Shown in pieces: positions 18,019 to 28,765 of a DNA stretch of 64,000 bases (positions are counted from its first letter, which is position 1; every line of letters starts with the position of its first letter). Below the pieces are notes generated by a model. It saw only the letters and a list, made by a program, of their open reading frames with translations. It had not been told where the DNA came from and ran no database searches. A program made the position numbers and the translations under genes. Source of the DNA: Clostridiales bacterium (lineage in GTDB: Bacteria; Bacillota; Clostridia; Christensenellales; CAG-138); the NCBI GenBank assembly GCA_024691085.1, contig JAILNX010000011.1, forward strand, positions 27,301 to 91,300, in the 5' to 3' direction.

Positions 18019-19136
18019 TTGAACGTTCCCCTTAAGAGGAGCTCGTTTCTGTAATCCAGGAGCCTGTCCTCCCTTATCGCCTGCCGTATGCCCTCCATAA
18101 GGCGATAGGTAAAGCGCAGGTTGTGCAGGGAGATGAGCTGCGCCGCGAGTATCTCGTTCGCCTTGATAAGATGCCTTATGTACGCCTTTGTGAAATGCCT
18201 GCAGGCGTAGCAGTCGCAGCCTTTCTCGATCGGAGTGAAGTCCTCCTCGTACTGAAGCTGCTTAAGGCTCTTCTTTCCGTCAAACGTAAGAGCGAGAGCG
18301 TTCCTTGCCGTGCGAGTCTGAAGGACGCAGTCGAACATATCTATTCCCCTCATCGAGCCCTCGACAAGGCAGTCGGGACTTCCGACGCCCATAAGGTAAT
18401 GCGGCTTGTTCTCGGGAAAATACGGCCTTATGGTGTCGAGCATCTCGTACATGACGGGCTTCGGCTCGCCGACTGAGAGGCCGCCTATGCCGTATCCGGG
18501 GAAATCCATCGCGGCAAGCGTCTTGGTGCTCTCGATGCGAAGATCCGCAAACATGCCGCCCTGGATGATTCCGAAGAGCGCCTGATCCTCACGCGTGTGA
18601 GCCCTTTGGCATCTCTCCGCCCAGCGGTGCGTGCGCTCCATCGCGTCGACGGTGTACTTGAAGGTGCATCCCGCGGGGGCGCACTCGTCGAAGCACATCG
18701 CGATATCCGCGCCGAGCGCCTCCTCTATCTCCATGACCTTTTCGGGATCGAAGAAATGGCGGCTGCCGTCGATATGCGATCTGAACTCGACGCCGTCCTC
18801 GCGGATCTTGTTTATCGCTGCTAGGCTGAAGACCTGGAATCCGCCGCTGTCGGTGAGCATCGGGCCGTACCACTGCGAAAACTCGTGCAGGCCTCCGGCC
18901 TTTTTCACGAGCTCGTGTCCGGGTCTCAGATAGAGATGGTAGGTGTTCGAGAGCATAACGCCAGCGCCTATCTCCTTGAGGTCCTTCGGGAGCACGGCCT
19001 TGACCGTCCCCTGCGTGCCGACGCACATAAACGCCGGAGTTTCGACGTCGCCGTGGGGCGTATGCAGTATCCCGAGCCTCGCGCCGGTCTGCTTGCAGGT
19101 CTTTATAAGTTCGTATGTTACGGGTGATCCGTTCAT
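18015..19136 (-). CDS. tgt: queuine tRNA-ribosyltransferase (tRNA-guanine transglycosylase)
   Basis: 373 aa with TDSGGFQV and the zinc site CDCYAC..H. It is adjacent to queA. Confidence 0.95.
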   Translation of the reverse strand: MNGSPVTYELIKTCKQTGARLGILHTPHGDVETPAFMCVGTQGTVKAVLPKDLKEIGAGVMLSNTYHLYLRPGHELVKKAGGLHEFSQWYGPMLTDSGGFQVFSLAAINKIREDGVEFRSHIDGSRHFFDPEKVMEIEEALGADIAMCFDECAPAGCTFKYTVDAMERTHRWAERCQRAHTREDQALFGIIQGGMFADLRIESTKTLAAMDFPGYGIGGLSVGEPKPVMYEMLDTIRPYFPENKPHYLMGVGSPDCLVEGSMRGIDMFDCVLQTRTARNALALTFDGKKSLKQLQYEEDFTPIEKGCDCYACRHFTKAYIRHLIKANEILAAQLISLHNLRFTYRLMEGIRQAIREDRLLDYRNELLLRGTFN

Positions 19137-19153
19137 ATCTTCCTTCCGTTTGT

Positions 19154-20176
19154 TTATTTAATGAACATGGCGTCGCCGAAGGAGAAGAAGCGGTACCTCT
19201 CCTCTACTGCGTGCTTGTAGACGGCAAGCATCTCCTCGCGGGTGCTGAACGCGCTGATGAGCATCAGAAGCGTCGACTCGGGAAGATGAAAATTGGTGAT
19301 GAGCGCGTCTACCGCCTTGAATCTGTAGCCGGGAGTAATGAATATGCTGGTCCAGTCGGAGCCCGCGTGGACCACGCCGTTTTCGTCAGCGGCGCTTTCA
19401 AGCGTGCGGCAGCCGGTAGTGCCGACGGAGATGATCCTGCCGCCCTTGGCTCTCGCCGAATTGATGAGCTCCGCCGCCTCCTCCGTCACCTTATAGTATT
19501 CGGAGTGCATTACGTGATCCTCGACGTTCTCGGCGGAAACCGGACGGAATGTGCCGAGACCGACGTGAAGCAGCACGTCCGCGATAAGCACACCCTTGTC
19601 CCTGATCTTTTCAAGCAGTTCGGGCGTGAAGTGCAGGCCTGCGGTCGGAGCCGCGGCGGAACCGTTGTCCTTTGCGTATACGGTCTGATAGCGGCTTTTG
19701 TCCTCAAGCTTTTTAGTGATATATGGCGGAAGCGGCATCTCGCCCGCGCGGTCGAGGACCTCCTCGAATATGCCCTCATAGTTGAGGCGGACGATCCTGT
19801 TGCCGTCGTCAAGCTGCTCGAGTACGGTCACGGAAAGCTCGTCGTTCACGATGAACGTCCGTCCCGGCCTCGCGCGTCTGCCGGGCTTGACGAGACATTC
19901 CCATTCGGTCTCGGAAACGCGCTTTAGAAGCAGGAACTCCATCGCACCTCCCGTTTCCTCACGAGTAGCGTAAAGCCTTGCGGGGATGACGCGGGTGACG
20001 TTTCTCACCAGCACGTCGCCGGGGTTTAAGTACTCGACGATGTCGTGAAATATCCTGTCCTCTAAGGTCTTTGTCTTTCTGTCGTATACGAGGAGCCTCG
20101 AAGAATCGCGCTTGTCGGCGGGCGACTGCGCGATGAGCTCCTCGGGAAGATCATAGTAAAAATCTGAAGTTTTCAA
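19154..20176 (-). CDS. queA: S-adenosylmethionine:tRNA ribosyltransferase-isomerase
   Basis: 340 aa. It has the typical N-terminus [14 protein letters not shown].., plus PPYI and GTT..R.LES blocks. Confidence 0.95.
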   Translation of the reverse strand: MKTSDFYYDLPEELIAQSPADKRDSSRLLVYDRKTKTLEDRIFHDIVEYLNPGDVLVRNVTRVIPARLYATREETGGAMEFLLLKRVSETEWECLVKPGRRARPGRTFIVNDELSVTVLEQLDDGNRIVRLNYEGIFEEVLDRAGEMPLPPYITKKLEDKSRYQTVYAKDNGSAAAPTAGLHFTPELLEKIRDKGVLIADVLLHVGLGTFRPVSAENVEDHVMHSEYYKVTEEAAELINSARAKGGRIISVGTTGCRTLESAADENGVVHAGSDWTSIFITPGYRFKAVDALITNFHLPESTLLMLISAFSTREEMLAVYKHAVEERYRFFSFGDAMFIK

Positions 20177-20188
20177 AATCGGTATTCC

Positions 20189-21499
20189 TTATTCGATGAT
20201 ATCGTAAACGAGCGGCAGGTCCTCGGGAGCTTCGGAAGAAACGGTCACCGCCTCTCGGATGAGCCCGAGCGCCTCCTCAAGCCGCGCGTCGTCGTTAACG
20301 TAAAGATAAGCGTAGGGTTCGTTGGGATCAACTCTGTCGCCGACGCGCTTTAACATAAGTATTCCGACAGCGGGATCGATTACGTCCTCTTTTTTCAGCC
20401 TGCCCGCACCGAGCACACACGAAGCGAGTCCGAGCTTCCTTGCGTCGATCGAATAGAGATAACCCGCTTTTTCCGTATAGACGGGCATTATGGTCGAAGT
20501 CATCACGAGGCGTTCCGGCTCGTCGATATAGCGTACGTCGCCGCCCATCGCGGCGATCATCTCGCGGAGCTTCATTAAGCCCCTGCCCGAAACAAGCGCG
20601 TCGACAAGCATGCCCTTTGCGTCGGCGCGTGACGGAGCGAGCCCCGCAAGAAGAAGCATCTCGGATGCAAGCACGAGACATACCTTCACGAGCGGATCGT
20701 CGACGGGGACCTTGCCCTCGAGCACCTCTATCGCTTCTTTCATTTCAAGGCCGTTGCCGATGGCCATGCCGAGCGGGCGGTTCATATCGGTAATTATCGC
20801 GACTGTCTTTCTGCCGAGGTTCGAGCCGATCGAAACCATCTCGCGTGCAAGCGCCCTCGAATCGTCGAGCGTGTTCATGAAAGCGCCGTTGCCTGTCTTT
20901 ACGTCAAGCACGATGGCGTCCGCTCCTGCTGCAAGCTTTTTGGACATGATGCTCGAGGCGATCAAAGGAATGCTTTTGACCGTGCCGGTCACGTCTCGGA
21001 GGGCGTACATTTTTTTATCGGCGGGATCGAGGTTTTTGGACTGGCCTACGACCGCGATGCCTATATCCCTTACTATCTCCTTGAACCTCTCGGTCGTCTG
21101 CTCGACGCATACGCCGGGAACGGATTCGAGCTTGTCGAGCGTTCCGCCGGAATGTGCGAGCCCCCTGCCGCTCATCTTGGCTACGGTGCCGCCACACGCC
21201 GCAACGAGAGGCGCGACGACGAGCGTGGTGGTATCGCCGACGCCGCCCGTGGAGTGCTTATCGACCTTGACGCCCGGAAGATCAGAAAGGTCGGTCGTTT
21301 CTCCGGAGTGCATCATGATCATGGTTAGATCGGAGATCTCCCTCTCCGTCATGCCGTTTATGCAGACTGCCATCATGAAAGCGGACATCTGGCAGTCCTC
21401 GACGGAACCGCCGACAAAGCCGTTCACGAGGAACGAAAGCTCGTCGAAGCTCAATTCGAGCCCGTCTCTTTTCTTTTCGATAAGTTCGGTGACGATCAT
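20189..21499 (-). CDS. pdp: pyrimidine-nucleoside (thymidine) phosphorylase
   Basis: I moved the start to ATG 21499 (AGGGGGTG upstream). The 436-aa product contains KHSTGGVGD and MSGRGLAHSGGTLDKLES motifs. Confidence 0.9.
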   Translation of the reverse strand: MIVTELIEKKRDGLELSFDELSFLVNGFVGGSVEDCQMSAFMMAVCINGMTEREISDLTMIMMHSGETTDLSDLPGVKVDKHSTGGVGDTTTLVVAPLVAACGGTVAKMSGRGLAHSGGTLDKLESVPGVCVEQTTERFKEIVRDIGIAVVGQSKNLDPADKKMYALRDVTGTVKSIPLIASSIMSKKLAAGADAIVLDVKTGNGAFMNTLDDSRALAREMVSIGSNLGRKTVAIITDMNRPLGMAIGNGLEMKEAIEVLEGKVPVDDPLVKVCLVLASEMLLLAGLAPSRADAKGMLVDALVSGRGLMKLREMIAAMGGDVRYIDEPERLVMTSTIMPVYTEKAGYLYSIDARKLGLASCVLGAGRLKKEDVIDPAVGILMLKRVGDRVDPNEPYAYLYVNDDARLEEALGLIREAVTVSSEAPEDLPLVYDIIE

Positions 21500-21602
21500 C
21501 AGACGCACCCCCTGTAAGGTCATTATGAAACATTTTATCACGGCGCGGCGCTTTTGTGAACCACCTTTTTATACATATATTATAAAAAAAGGTATTTTTC
21601 GA

Positions 21603-21631
21603 TTTACAAATACCGATGAATATGGTATTAT
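21603..21631 (+). promoter_or_regulatory. sigma-A-type promoter candidate for tig-clpP-clpX
   Basis: TTTACA (21603-21608), 17 nt ending tgg, TATTAT (21626-21631). Confidence 0.55.
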
Positions 21632-21706
21632 ATTTGAATGCGGGACTTTAGAACCGTCCCCGCAAGTCGTTAATAAACGGGCTCTATGCCCTATACGGAG
21701 GAATAT

Positions 21707-23011
21707 ATGTCTGAAATCACCACCATCGAAACCGGCAAGGTCAAGCTGACCTTCACTCTTTCCGCCGAGGATTACGTCAAGGCGCTCACCGCTTGTTATC
21801 ACCGCATCGGTTCCAAATATGAGATGCCCGGCTTCCGCAGGGGCAAGGCTCCCCGCGCCATGATCGAGAAGGCTTACGGCCCCGCCGCTTTCTGGGACAA
21901 GGAGCTTGATATGGCAGTTGAGAAGGCTTGCGCCGAGGCTGTTGCCGAGCACAAGATCCTCCCAGCCCTCGCTCCCGAATACAGCATTCTGAGCTTCTCC
22001 GAGACGGACGGCTGTGAGATCGAGGCCACTCTCGTTCTCGAGCCCGCCTGTGAGCTCGGCGACTACAAGGGTATAGAAGTACCCGTCAAAGAGTATAATG
22101 TAACCGACGAAGCGGTCGATAAGGAGCTTGATAAGCGCCGCCATGAGCAGGCCCGTCAGGTCTCCGTCGACGACCGTCCTCTTGAGCTCGGCGACACCGC
22201 GGTGTTCGATTTTGCCGGATTCGTTGACGGCGTTCAGTTCGAAGGCGGCACCGCCGAGAAGTACTCCATGGTCATCGGTTCCCATCAGTTCATCCCCGGC
22301 TTCGAGGAGCAGATGGTCGGCATGAAGATCGGCGAGGAGCGCGACGTCAACGTCACCTTCCCCGAGGACTACCAGGCAGAGAACTTAAAGGGCAAGCCCG
22401 CCGTATTCAAGGTAAAGCTTCACGAGCTCTCCTATGAGCAGCTTCCGGAGCTTGACGACGAGTTCGCTTCCGAGACCAGCGAGTTCGAGACTCTTGACGA
22501 GCTCAAGGACAGCATCAGGAAAGAGCTTGCCGTTCAGGCCGAGAAGGACCGTGAGCTTGCCGTCGAGTCCGCCGTCATCCAGAAGGTCATCGACAATGCG
22601 AAGGTCGAGATCCACAAGGAGCTCGTCGACGCCGAGGCTCATGCCGAGATGCACAACCTTGAGCATCAGCTTGCCGACATCGGCCTCAAGATGGAGGATT
22701 ACGCCAACTACATGGGCACCACCGTTGAGGATCTTCACGAGCGCTATCATCACATGGCCGAGGATCAGATCAAGGCCCGCACCGTCATTCAGGCGATCAT
22801 CGACAAGGAAAAGCTCGAGCCCGCGGATCAGGATTACGAGAAGGCCGTCCGCAATTACGCCGAGCGTTCCGAAGGCTGGGACGAGGAGAAGATCGCGAAG
22901 GAGCTCCTCCCCGAGAACCGCATGAAGTATGCTCAGTCCGCTCTCTATGAGGCGTTCGTACGTCTTGTCAAGGACAACGCCGTTATCACCAAGAAGGAAG
23001 AAGAAAAATGA
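21707..23011 (+). CDS. tig: trigger factor
   Basis: Start at ATG 21707 with GGAGG 7 nt upstream. The 434-aa product has an N-terminal ribosome-binding GFRRGKAP motif and a central FKBP-type PPIase region. The order tig-clpP-clpX is conserved. Confidence 0.95.
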   Translation: MSEITTIETGKVKLTFTLSAEDYVKALTACYHRIGSKYEMPGFRRGKAPRAMIEKAYGPAAFWDKELDMAVEKACAEAVAEHKILPALAPEYSILSFSETDGCEIEATLVLEPACELGDYKGIEVPVKEYNVTDEAVDKELDKRRHEQARQVSVDDRPLELGDTAVFDFAGFVDGVQFEGGTAEKYSMVIGSHQFIPGFEEQMVGMKIGEERDVNVTFPEDYQAENLKGKPAVFKVKLHELSYEQLPELDDEFASETSEFETLDELKDSIRKELAVQAEKDRELAVESAVIQKVIDNAKVEIHKELVDAEAHAEMHNLEHQLADIGLKMEDYANYMGTTVEDLHERYHHMAEDQIKARTVIQAIIDKEKLEPADQDYEKAVRNYAERSEGWDEEKIAKELLPENRMKYAQSALYEAFVRLVKDNAVITKKEEEK

Positions 23012-23592
23012 GTTTAGTCCCCATTGTTGTCGAACAGACGAATAAAGGCGAGCGTTCCTATGATATCTACTCCCGTCTTTTAAAGGACAGGATCCTTTTC
23101 CTCGGCGGCGAGATCACCGATGAGGACGCGAACCTTATCATTGCCCAGCTTCTTTTCCTCGAGGCTGACGATCCCGACAAGGACATATTTCTTTATATCA
23201 ACAGCCCCGGCGGCTCCGTATCCGCAGGTCTTGCCATTTATGACACCATCCGCTACTTAAAGTGCGAGGTCGTCACGATCTGCGTGGGTCTTGCCGCTTC
23301 CATGGGCGCATTCCTCCTCGCCGCGGGCGCGAAGGGCAAACGCAAAGCTCTTCCCAACAGCGAGATAATGATCCATCAGCCGTCCGGCGGCGCATACGGT
23401 CAGGCTTCCGACGTCAAGATCCACGCGGATCACATCATCAAGACGAAGAAGAAGCTGAACGAGATGCTTTCCGAAATGACCGGTCAGCCGATCGACGTCG
23501 TCGAGGTCGCTACCGAGCGTGACAATTTCCTCTCCCCCGAGGACGCGCTTGAGTTCGGACTCATCGACGAGATCGTCGCCCCGAGGCGCTGA
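23008..23592 (+). CDS. clpP: ATP-dependent Clp protease proteolytic subunit
   Basis: 194 aa with active-site contexts GLAASMGA (Ser) and MIHQP (His). It overlaps the tig stop by 4 nt. Confidence 0.97.
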   Translation: MSLVPIVVEQTNKGERSYDIYSRLLKDRILFLGGEITDEDANLIIAQLLFLEADDPDKDIFLYINSPGGSVSAGLAIYDTIRYLKCEVVTICVGLAASMGAFLLAAGAKGKRKALPNSEIMIHQPSGGAYGQASDVKIHADHIIKTKKKLNEMLSEMTGQPIDVVEVATERDNFLSPEDALEFGLIDEIVAPRR

Positions 23593-23616
23593 TAATACTA
23601 TTTTTCGGAGATTTTG

Positions 23617-24885
23617 ATGTCAAAATACAGCGATAATTCAACAGTAAAATGCTCCTTCTGCGGAAAGACGCAGGATATGGTCAAGCGCATCGTCGCGGGT
23701 CCCGGCGTGTATATCTGCTCGGATTGTGTGGAGCTTTGCCAGGAGATCATCGATTCGGACAACGCTCAGGAGCCCGAAGAGCCTCTTGATCTCCCCAAGC
23801 CCGTCGACATCGTTAAGGTGCTCGACGATTACGTGATCGGCCAGGAACACGCCAAGAAGGCTCTCGCGGTCGCGGTCTACAACCATTACAAGCGCATCAT
23901 GAAGGAGCCGGAGACCGGCGACGTCGAGCTTTCGAAGTCCAACATCGTTATGCTCGGCCCGACCGGCTGCGGTAAGACGCTGCTTGCCGAGACGCTTGCG
24001 AAGATCCTCAAGGTCCCGTTTGCCGTCGCGGACGCCACGAGTCTGACCGAGGCCGGTTACGTCGGAGAGGACGTCGAGAACATCCTCCTGAAGCTCCTGC
24101 AGGCTGCCGACTACGACGTCGAGCAGGCGCAGAAGGGCATAATCTATATCGACGAGATCGACAAGATCGCCAGGAAGTCCGAGAACCCCTCCATCACCCG
24201 CGACGTTTCGGGCGAGGGCGTTCAGCAGGCGCTCCTTAAGATCCTCGAGGGCACGGTCGCTTCCGTTCCTCCCCAGGGCGGCAGGAAGCATCCGCACCAG
24301 GAGTTCATCCAGTTCGATACCAAGAACGTTCTGTTCATCTGCGGCGGCGCTTTTGCCGGCATTGAAGAGATCATCAAGAAGCGTATCGGCAAAAAGACCA
24401 TGGGCTTCGGCGCTGACGTCGTGTCCAACACCGATATGGATATCGGCGAGATACTTAAGCACATCCTCCCCGAGGATCTACTTAAGTTCGGGCTCATCCC
24501 CGAGTTCATCGGCCGCGTGCCCATAATCGTCACGCTCGAGCAGCTTGACGAGGAGGCCATGCTGAGGATCCTTACCGAGCCGAAGAACGCTCTATCGAAG
24601 CAGTACCAGAAGCTCTTCGAGATGGACGGCGTTAAGCTCGAGCTGGATCGCGAAGCGATACTTGAAGTCGCCCGCATCTCCATCGCCAGGAATACCGGAG
24701 CGAGGGGCTTAAGGGCCATTCTCGAGGACGTTATGCTCCCCGTCATGTATGAGCTTCCTTCAAGGAACGACGTTGAGAAGGTCATCATAACCGCGGCCTC
24801 CATACGCAAAGAGGCAGAACCCACCTACGTATTAAAGACCGAGCCGCTTCCCGAAACGGGGACCGACGCCAATTATTTGAAATGA
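23617..24885 (+). CDS. clpX: ATP-dependent Clp protease ATP-binding subunit ClpX
   Basis: ATG 23617 (the track starts one codon earlier at TTG). It has an N-terminal zinc ribbon CSFCGK..CSDC, Walker A GPTGCGKT, Walker [10 protein letters not shown] and the ClpP-docking tripeptide in TMGFG. Confidence 0.97.
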   Translation: MSKYSDNSTVKCSFCGKTQDMVKRIVAGPGVYICSDCVELCQEIIDSDNAQEPEEPLDLPKPVDIVKVLDDYVIGQEHAKKALAVAVYNHYKRIMKEPETGDVELSKSNIVMLGPTGCGKTLLAETLAKILKVPFAVADATSLTEAGYVGEDVENILLKLLQAADYDVEQAQKGIIYIDEIDKIARKSENPSITRDVSGEGVQQALLKILEGTVASVPPQGGRKHPHQEFIQFDTKNVLFICGGAFAGIEEIIKKRIGKKTMGFGADVVSNTDMDIGEILKHILPEDLLKFGLIPEFIGRVPIIVTLEQLDEEAMLRILTEPKNALSKQYQKLFEMDGVKLELDREAILEVARISIARNTGARGLRAILEDVMLPVMYELPSRNDVEKVIITAASIRKEAEPTYVLKTEPLPETGTDANYLK

Positions 24886-25634
24886 AAATTATAAGAACTG
24901 AAATCGATGGCGAAATCTTTTACGGAATACTCGAAGGCAAAACCGTCAGAAGGCTTTCCGGTCTTCCCTTTGACGCAATAGTCGAGGACGGAAGGACTTA
25001 TTCCGTAAGCGATATTAAACTGCTTCCCCCTGCCGAGCCCACGAAGATCGTCGCGATCGGCAAGAACTACCGCGCCCACGCAGACGAGATGGGCGAGGGT
25101 CAGCCCGAGGAGCCGCTGCTCTTTATCAAGCCCTCGACCTCCATCGTCGGCAACGGCGACGACGTTGTCTATCCCGCGATAAGCCACCGCCTTGATTACG
25201 AGGGCGAGCTCGGCGTAGTCATCGGCAAGAAGTGTCATGCCGTTCAGCCCGGACATTCCTCCGAGGTGATATTCGGCTACACCTGCCTGAACGACGTCAC
25301 AGCGAGGGATATCCAGAAGGCGGTCTCCCAGTGGACGCGCGGCAAGGGGTTCGACACCTTCTGCCCCATCGGGCCGCATATCGAGACCGAGCTTGACGCG
25401 TATAACGCGCCGATCGAAACGAGGGTCAACGGCGAGGTAAAACAGCATTCGAACACCAACTGCATGACGCATAACGTGGACAAGCTGGTTTCGTACATCA
25501 CCGAATGCATGACTCTGCTTCCCGGCGACATCATCGCGACGGGCACTCCCGAGGGGATCGGCCCCATGCAGCGCGGAGATACCGTCGAAGTCGAGATCGG
25601 CGGAATCGGCGTATTAAGAAACAGGATCGTATAA
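24882..25634 (+). CDS. fumarylacetoacetate hydrolase (FAH) family protein
   Basis: 250 aa with the FAH-fold pattern ..GKNY..H..E......P..F.K....[19 protein letters not shown].. It overlaps the clpX stop by 4 nt. Confidence 0.8.
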   Translation: MKIIRTEIDGEIFYGILEGKTVRRLSGLPFDAIVEDGRTYSVSDIKLLPPAEPTKIVAIGKNYRAHADEMGEGQPEEPLLFIKPSTSIVGNGDDVVYPAISHRLDYEGELGVVIGKKCHAVQPGHSSEVIFGYTCLNDVTARDIQKAVSQWTRGKGFDTFCPIGPHIETELDAYNAPIETRVNGEVKQHSNTNCMTHNVDKLVSYITECMTLLPGDIIATGTPEGIGPMQRGDTVEVEIGGIGVLRNRIV

Positions 25635-27347
25635 ATGGACGGACTTTCGTTATCAGCCGTTGTTTACGAGCTTAAAGCCGTAATTGGCGGCAGGATAGAA
25701 AAAGTTCAGCAGCCCGAAAGGGACGAACTTTTAATTAGCATTCATTCAACAGGCGGATCAAACCGCCTGTTGATTTCAGCTTCGCCCGAAAACTGCAGGA
25801 TACTCCTCACCGACGAAAAGAAGGTCTCCCCCGTTGACGCGCCGGCTTTTCTTATGCTTATGCGCAAATACCTCACCGGCGCAAGGATCGTTTCCGTTTC
25901 TCAGCCGAATATGGACCGAGTCGTCGAGTTCGGGATCGAGACCTATTCGGAGCTTCACGACGCCGTAAGATTAACCCTCGTGGCGGAGATAATGGGCAGG
26001 CATTCGAACATAATCCTCATCGGCGATGACGGAAACGTGATCGACGCGATAAGGAGAGTCGGGCCTTCGGTCTCATCCGCAAGGCTTGTACTTCCGAAGT
26101 TAAAATACGAGTATCCGCCTTCCAGGAAGAAGAACGATCCGCGCGAAGCTTCTCCCGAGGATTTCGAGCGCGTTCTTTCCGATCACGCAAAGCCCGCTCA
26201 GGCGCTTTCGGACAACTACTACGGGCTTTCCCCCGCCGTCGCGTCAAAGCTCACGGAAGCTCTCGGGTTCCCGGAGTGCGGCGTGAGCGCGCTTTCCGAG
26301 AGGCTGTCCGTGTTCTACGGCGACTTTACGGAAGGCCGATTCTCCCCCTGCATTGTCACGGCAGGAGAAAAAGCCGTAATGACGCTGCCGTTCATTCCCA
26401 AAGATACCGACAGCGTTCACAGGTTCACCTCCATGAGTGAAGCGGTCTCCGCTTACTACGTTTCGCGCGCGCAGGATGAAAGCATTAAGCGCAGGACTTC
26501 GAGCTACGAGCACATCATCAGAAACGCCGTTTCGAAGCTCGAGCGAAAACTGATGATTTTTGACGACGCGATCTCTTCGGAGGAAGAGAACGAGAAGCTG
26601 AAAAGATACGGCGAGCTTCTGACCTCCAATCTTTATCTGATACCGCACAAGACGGACAAGACCGTAGTCACCGATTATTATTCGGATCCGCCCGTTCCCG
26701 TAGAGATACCGCTCGATGCGAAGCTCTCCGCCGCTGACAATGCGCAGAAGTATTTTTCCCGCTACCGCAAGGCGAAGCTCGCCCGCGACCACGCCGTGGA
26801 GATGAAGGAGCAGACCGCCGACGAGCTTAATTATCTCGACGAGCTTTTATACACCCTCTCCTGCTGCGAGGGCGAAGCGGAGCTTAACGAGATAAGGCAG
26901 GAGCTCATCGCAGGCGGATATGTTTCGGACGATTCCAAAAAGCAGAAGAAGGGAGCCGCTAACAAGCTGCCCCCGTCGAAGCCCTATTCGTTCACGTCGC
27001 GCGACGGAATTAAGATCCTCGTCGGCAAAAACAACCGTCAGAACGACAAGCTTACCATGAGCACGGCATACCCCGACGACGTCTGGCTGCACACCAAGGA
27101 CATACACGGCTCGCACGTCATAATAAGGCGCTCCGGCAAGGTCCCCGACGCAACGCTTTACGACGCCGCGATGCTTGCAGCATACTATTCAAAGGCGAGG
27201 GGTTCAGCCAACGTGCCCGTCGACTACACCGAGGTCAAGTACGTAAAGAAGCCTTCGGGAGCAAAGCCGGGCATGGTCATCTACTCCCGTCAGCACACGG
27301 TTTACGTAACTCCCGATCCCGAGCATATCAAAAAGCTCATGCAATAA
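25635..27347 (+). CDS. rqcH: ribosome quality control protein RqcH (NFACT / FbpA family)
   Basis: 570 aa with an N-terminal NFACT-N block (MDGLSLSAVVYEL..RIEKVQQPERDEL), a central coiled coil, and a C-terminal NFACT-R block (..DVWLHTKDIHGSHVII..). Confidence 0.85.
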   Translation: MDGLSLSAVVYELKAVIGGRIEKVQQPERDELLISIHSTGGSNRLLISASPENCRILLTDEKKVSPVDAPAFLMLMRKYLTGARIVSVSQPNMDRVVEFGIETYSELHDAVRLTLVAEIMGRHSNIILIGDDGNVIDAIRRVGPSVSSARLVLPKLKYEYPPSRKKNDPREASPEDFERVLSDHAKPAQALSDNYYGLSPAVASKLTEALGFPECGVSALSERLSVFYGDFTEGRFSPCIVTAGEKAVMTLPFIPKDTDSVHRFTSMSEAVSAYYVSRAQDESIKRRTSSYEHIIRNAVSKLERKLMIFDDAISSEEENEKLKRYGELLTSNLYLIPHKTDKTVVTDYYSDPPVPVEIPLDAKLSAADNAQKYFSRYRKAKLARDHAVEMKEQTADELNYLDELLYTLSCCEGEAELNEIRQELIAGGYVSDDSKKQKKGAANKLPPSKPYSFTSRDGIKILVGKNNRQNDKLTMSTAYPDDVWLHTKDIHGSHVIIRRSGKVPDATLYDAAMLAAYYSKARGSANVPVDYTEVKYVKKPSGAKPGMVIYSRQHTVYVTPDPEHIKKLMQ

Positions 27348-28254
27348 GCATCCTTACGTCGTCGTAGTGATCGCGGTACAGGGCCATATTGATCCCGTCC
27401 GCGATTATTCCCGACATATCCCCCACTATCGAATCAATATCCTTTGGCGTGACTATCATGCCGTCCATTCTTTCGGACACAACCTTTTCCGCAAGCTCCT
27501 TCAGCTTATCCTCGTCACCGTGGAGTCCCGTCTCGTCCGCGATCATGGATATGGTGTCCTGCGTTATCGTCGACGCGTAGACGACGAGCGGCACGCCTAT
27601 CGCGATAACGGGAACGTCGAGGCTTTCGATGTTAAGCCCCCTTCTGATGTTGCCGACTCCGGAGCCGGGATCGATGCCCGCGTCCGAAAGCTGAACGGTA
27701 GTCGAGATACGCGACGCCCGTCTTGACGCGAGCGAATCTATCGCGATGACGAGATCCGGCTTGATGCGGTCGGTCATGCCCTTCACTATCTCAAACGTTT
27801 CAATGCCCGTTGAGCCGAGCACCCCGGGCGCCGCGGACGCGACTGACGGCACGGGAAAGCGGAACGCGTCGGGCATATACTGCTTGACGTGCCTTGTCAC
27901 GTACACCTTTTCGACGACCTTCGGCCCGAGAGAATCCGGCGTTACGCTCCTGTTCCCGAGGCCGACGACAAGTATGCTTTCGCTATTCGGGAAGCCGTCG
28001 ACTACCTTCTGAAGCTCGCTTGCAAGTTTCTTTGACAGCTCCTCGAAAAGGTCGAGCGGCCTGTCGATAAGTCCCGGAGCGTCGAGCGTTACGTACTTCC
28101 CCATCTTTTTGCCAATCTTTTCGGCGGCGTACTCGTTCGTGACCGCGATCCTTGTTATCGTTATGTCGGGGAAGCTCTCCTTCTCCTCCGTAACCCCGTC
28201 AAGCTCGGGATTCATTTCCCTTGCTTCAAGCGCAAGATCCGTATAAAGTCCCAT
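27337..28254 (-). CDS. gpr: germination protease (spore SASP endopeptidase)
   Basis: 305 aa. Long blocks parallel B. subtilis Gpr (..VGLGN..VTPD.LGP.., APGV.G.TGIET.EI.KG.., VIAID.LA.R...R...T.Q.SD.GI.PGSGVGN.R..L....L.VPVIAIGVP.VV). Confidence 0.93.
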   Translation of the reverse strand: MGLYTDLALEAREMNPELDGVTEEKESFPDITITRIAVTNEYAAEKIGKKMGKYVTLDAPGLIDRPLDLFEELSKKLASELQKVVDGFPNSESILVVGLGNRSVTPDSLGPKVVEKVYVTRHVKQYMPDAFRFPVPSVASAAPGVLGSTGIETFEIVKGMTDRIKPDLVIAIDSLASRRASRISTTVQLSDAGIDPGSGVGNIRRGLNIESLDVPVIAIGVPLVVYASTITQDTISMIADETGLHGDEDKLKELAEKVVSERMDGMIVTPKDIDSIVGDMSGIIADGINMALYRDHYDDVRMLIA

Positions 28255-28345
28255 AAAGCACTCCTTTTAATCAATTATAATGAAAGTATTCCTCATATCC
28301 CTCAACAATATATCCGATTTTTTCGCTATATATTGAAAAAAGTGC

Positions 28346-28374
28346 TTGCAAAAGGGAATTCGGAGTGCTATAAT
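28346..28374 (+). promoter_or_regulatory. sigma-A-type promoter for rpsT
   Basis: TTGCAA (28346-28351), 17-nt spacer ending tgc (extended -10), TATAAT (28369-28374). Confidence 0.7.
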
Positions 28375-28410
28375 AGTAACGTTCGAGATTTGTATAGGAG
28401 GTGAACCGAT

Positions 28411-28671
28411 TTGGCAAACATTAAGTCAGCTATCAAGCGCGTCAAGGTGTCCGAGAAGCAGAACCTTCGTAACCGTATCGTTACTTCTCAGTATAAGACC
28501 GCTGTTAAAAAGTTCGACAAGGCTCTCGAGTCCGGCGATGAGGCTCTCGTTAACGAGACCTATACCAATGCTGTAAGCATGGCCGACAAGGCTGCCGCCA
28601 AGGGCGTTATCCATAAGAACGTCGCCAACCGTAAAAAGGCTCAGCTTGCAAAGAAACTTGCCGCGAAATAA
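28411..28671 (+). CDS. rpsT: 30S ribosomal protein S20
   Basis: 86 aa, starting MANIKSAIKRVKVSEKQNLRNR.. It uses a TTG start with AGGAGGTG 8 nt upstream. Confidence 0.95.
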   Translation: MANIKSAIKRVKVSEKQNLRNRIVTSQYKTAVKKFDKALESGDEALVNETYTNAVSMADKAAAKGVIHKNVANRKKAQLAKKLAAK

Positions 28672-28720
28672 GCTGCCAAATAAGGTTTATCAATTCTGAT
28701 CGACCCACTTTTAAAAACAA

Positions 28721-28755
28721 AGACCGATGCTTTCGTATCGGTCTTTTAGTGTTTT
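28721..28755. terminator. bidirectional rho-independent terminator between rpsT and holA
   Basis: Stem agaccgat (28721-28728) / atcggtct (28737-28744). It is followed by tttagtgttttt and preceded by an A-run. Confidence 0.7.
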
Positions 28756-28765
28756 TATTTTGTTC

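Noticed and set aside
20610-21749. 379-aa plus-strand ORF antisense to pdp
   Set aside because: It has a Ser/Pro/Thr-rich nonsense-like composition. The minus-strand product has unambiguous pyrimidine-nucleoside phosphorylase motifs.
21569-22285. 238-aa minus-strand ORF overlapping the tig start and promoter
   Set aside because: It is antisense to trigger factor, which is securely identified, and shows no motifs.
23638-24824. Two long minus-strand ORFs (274 aa and 200 aa) inside clpX
   Set aside because: They are antisense shadows. ClpX on the plus strand is unambiguous (zinc ribbon, Walker A/B).
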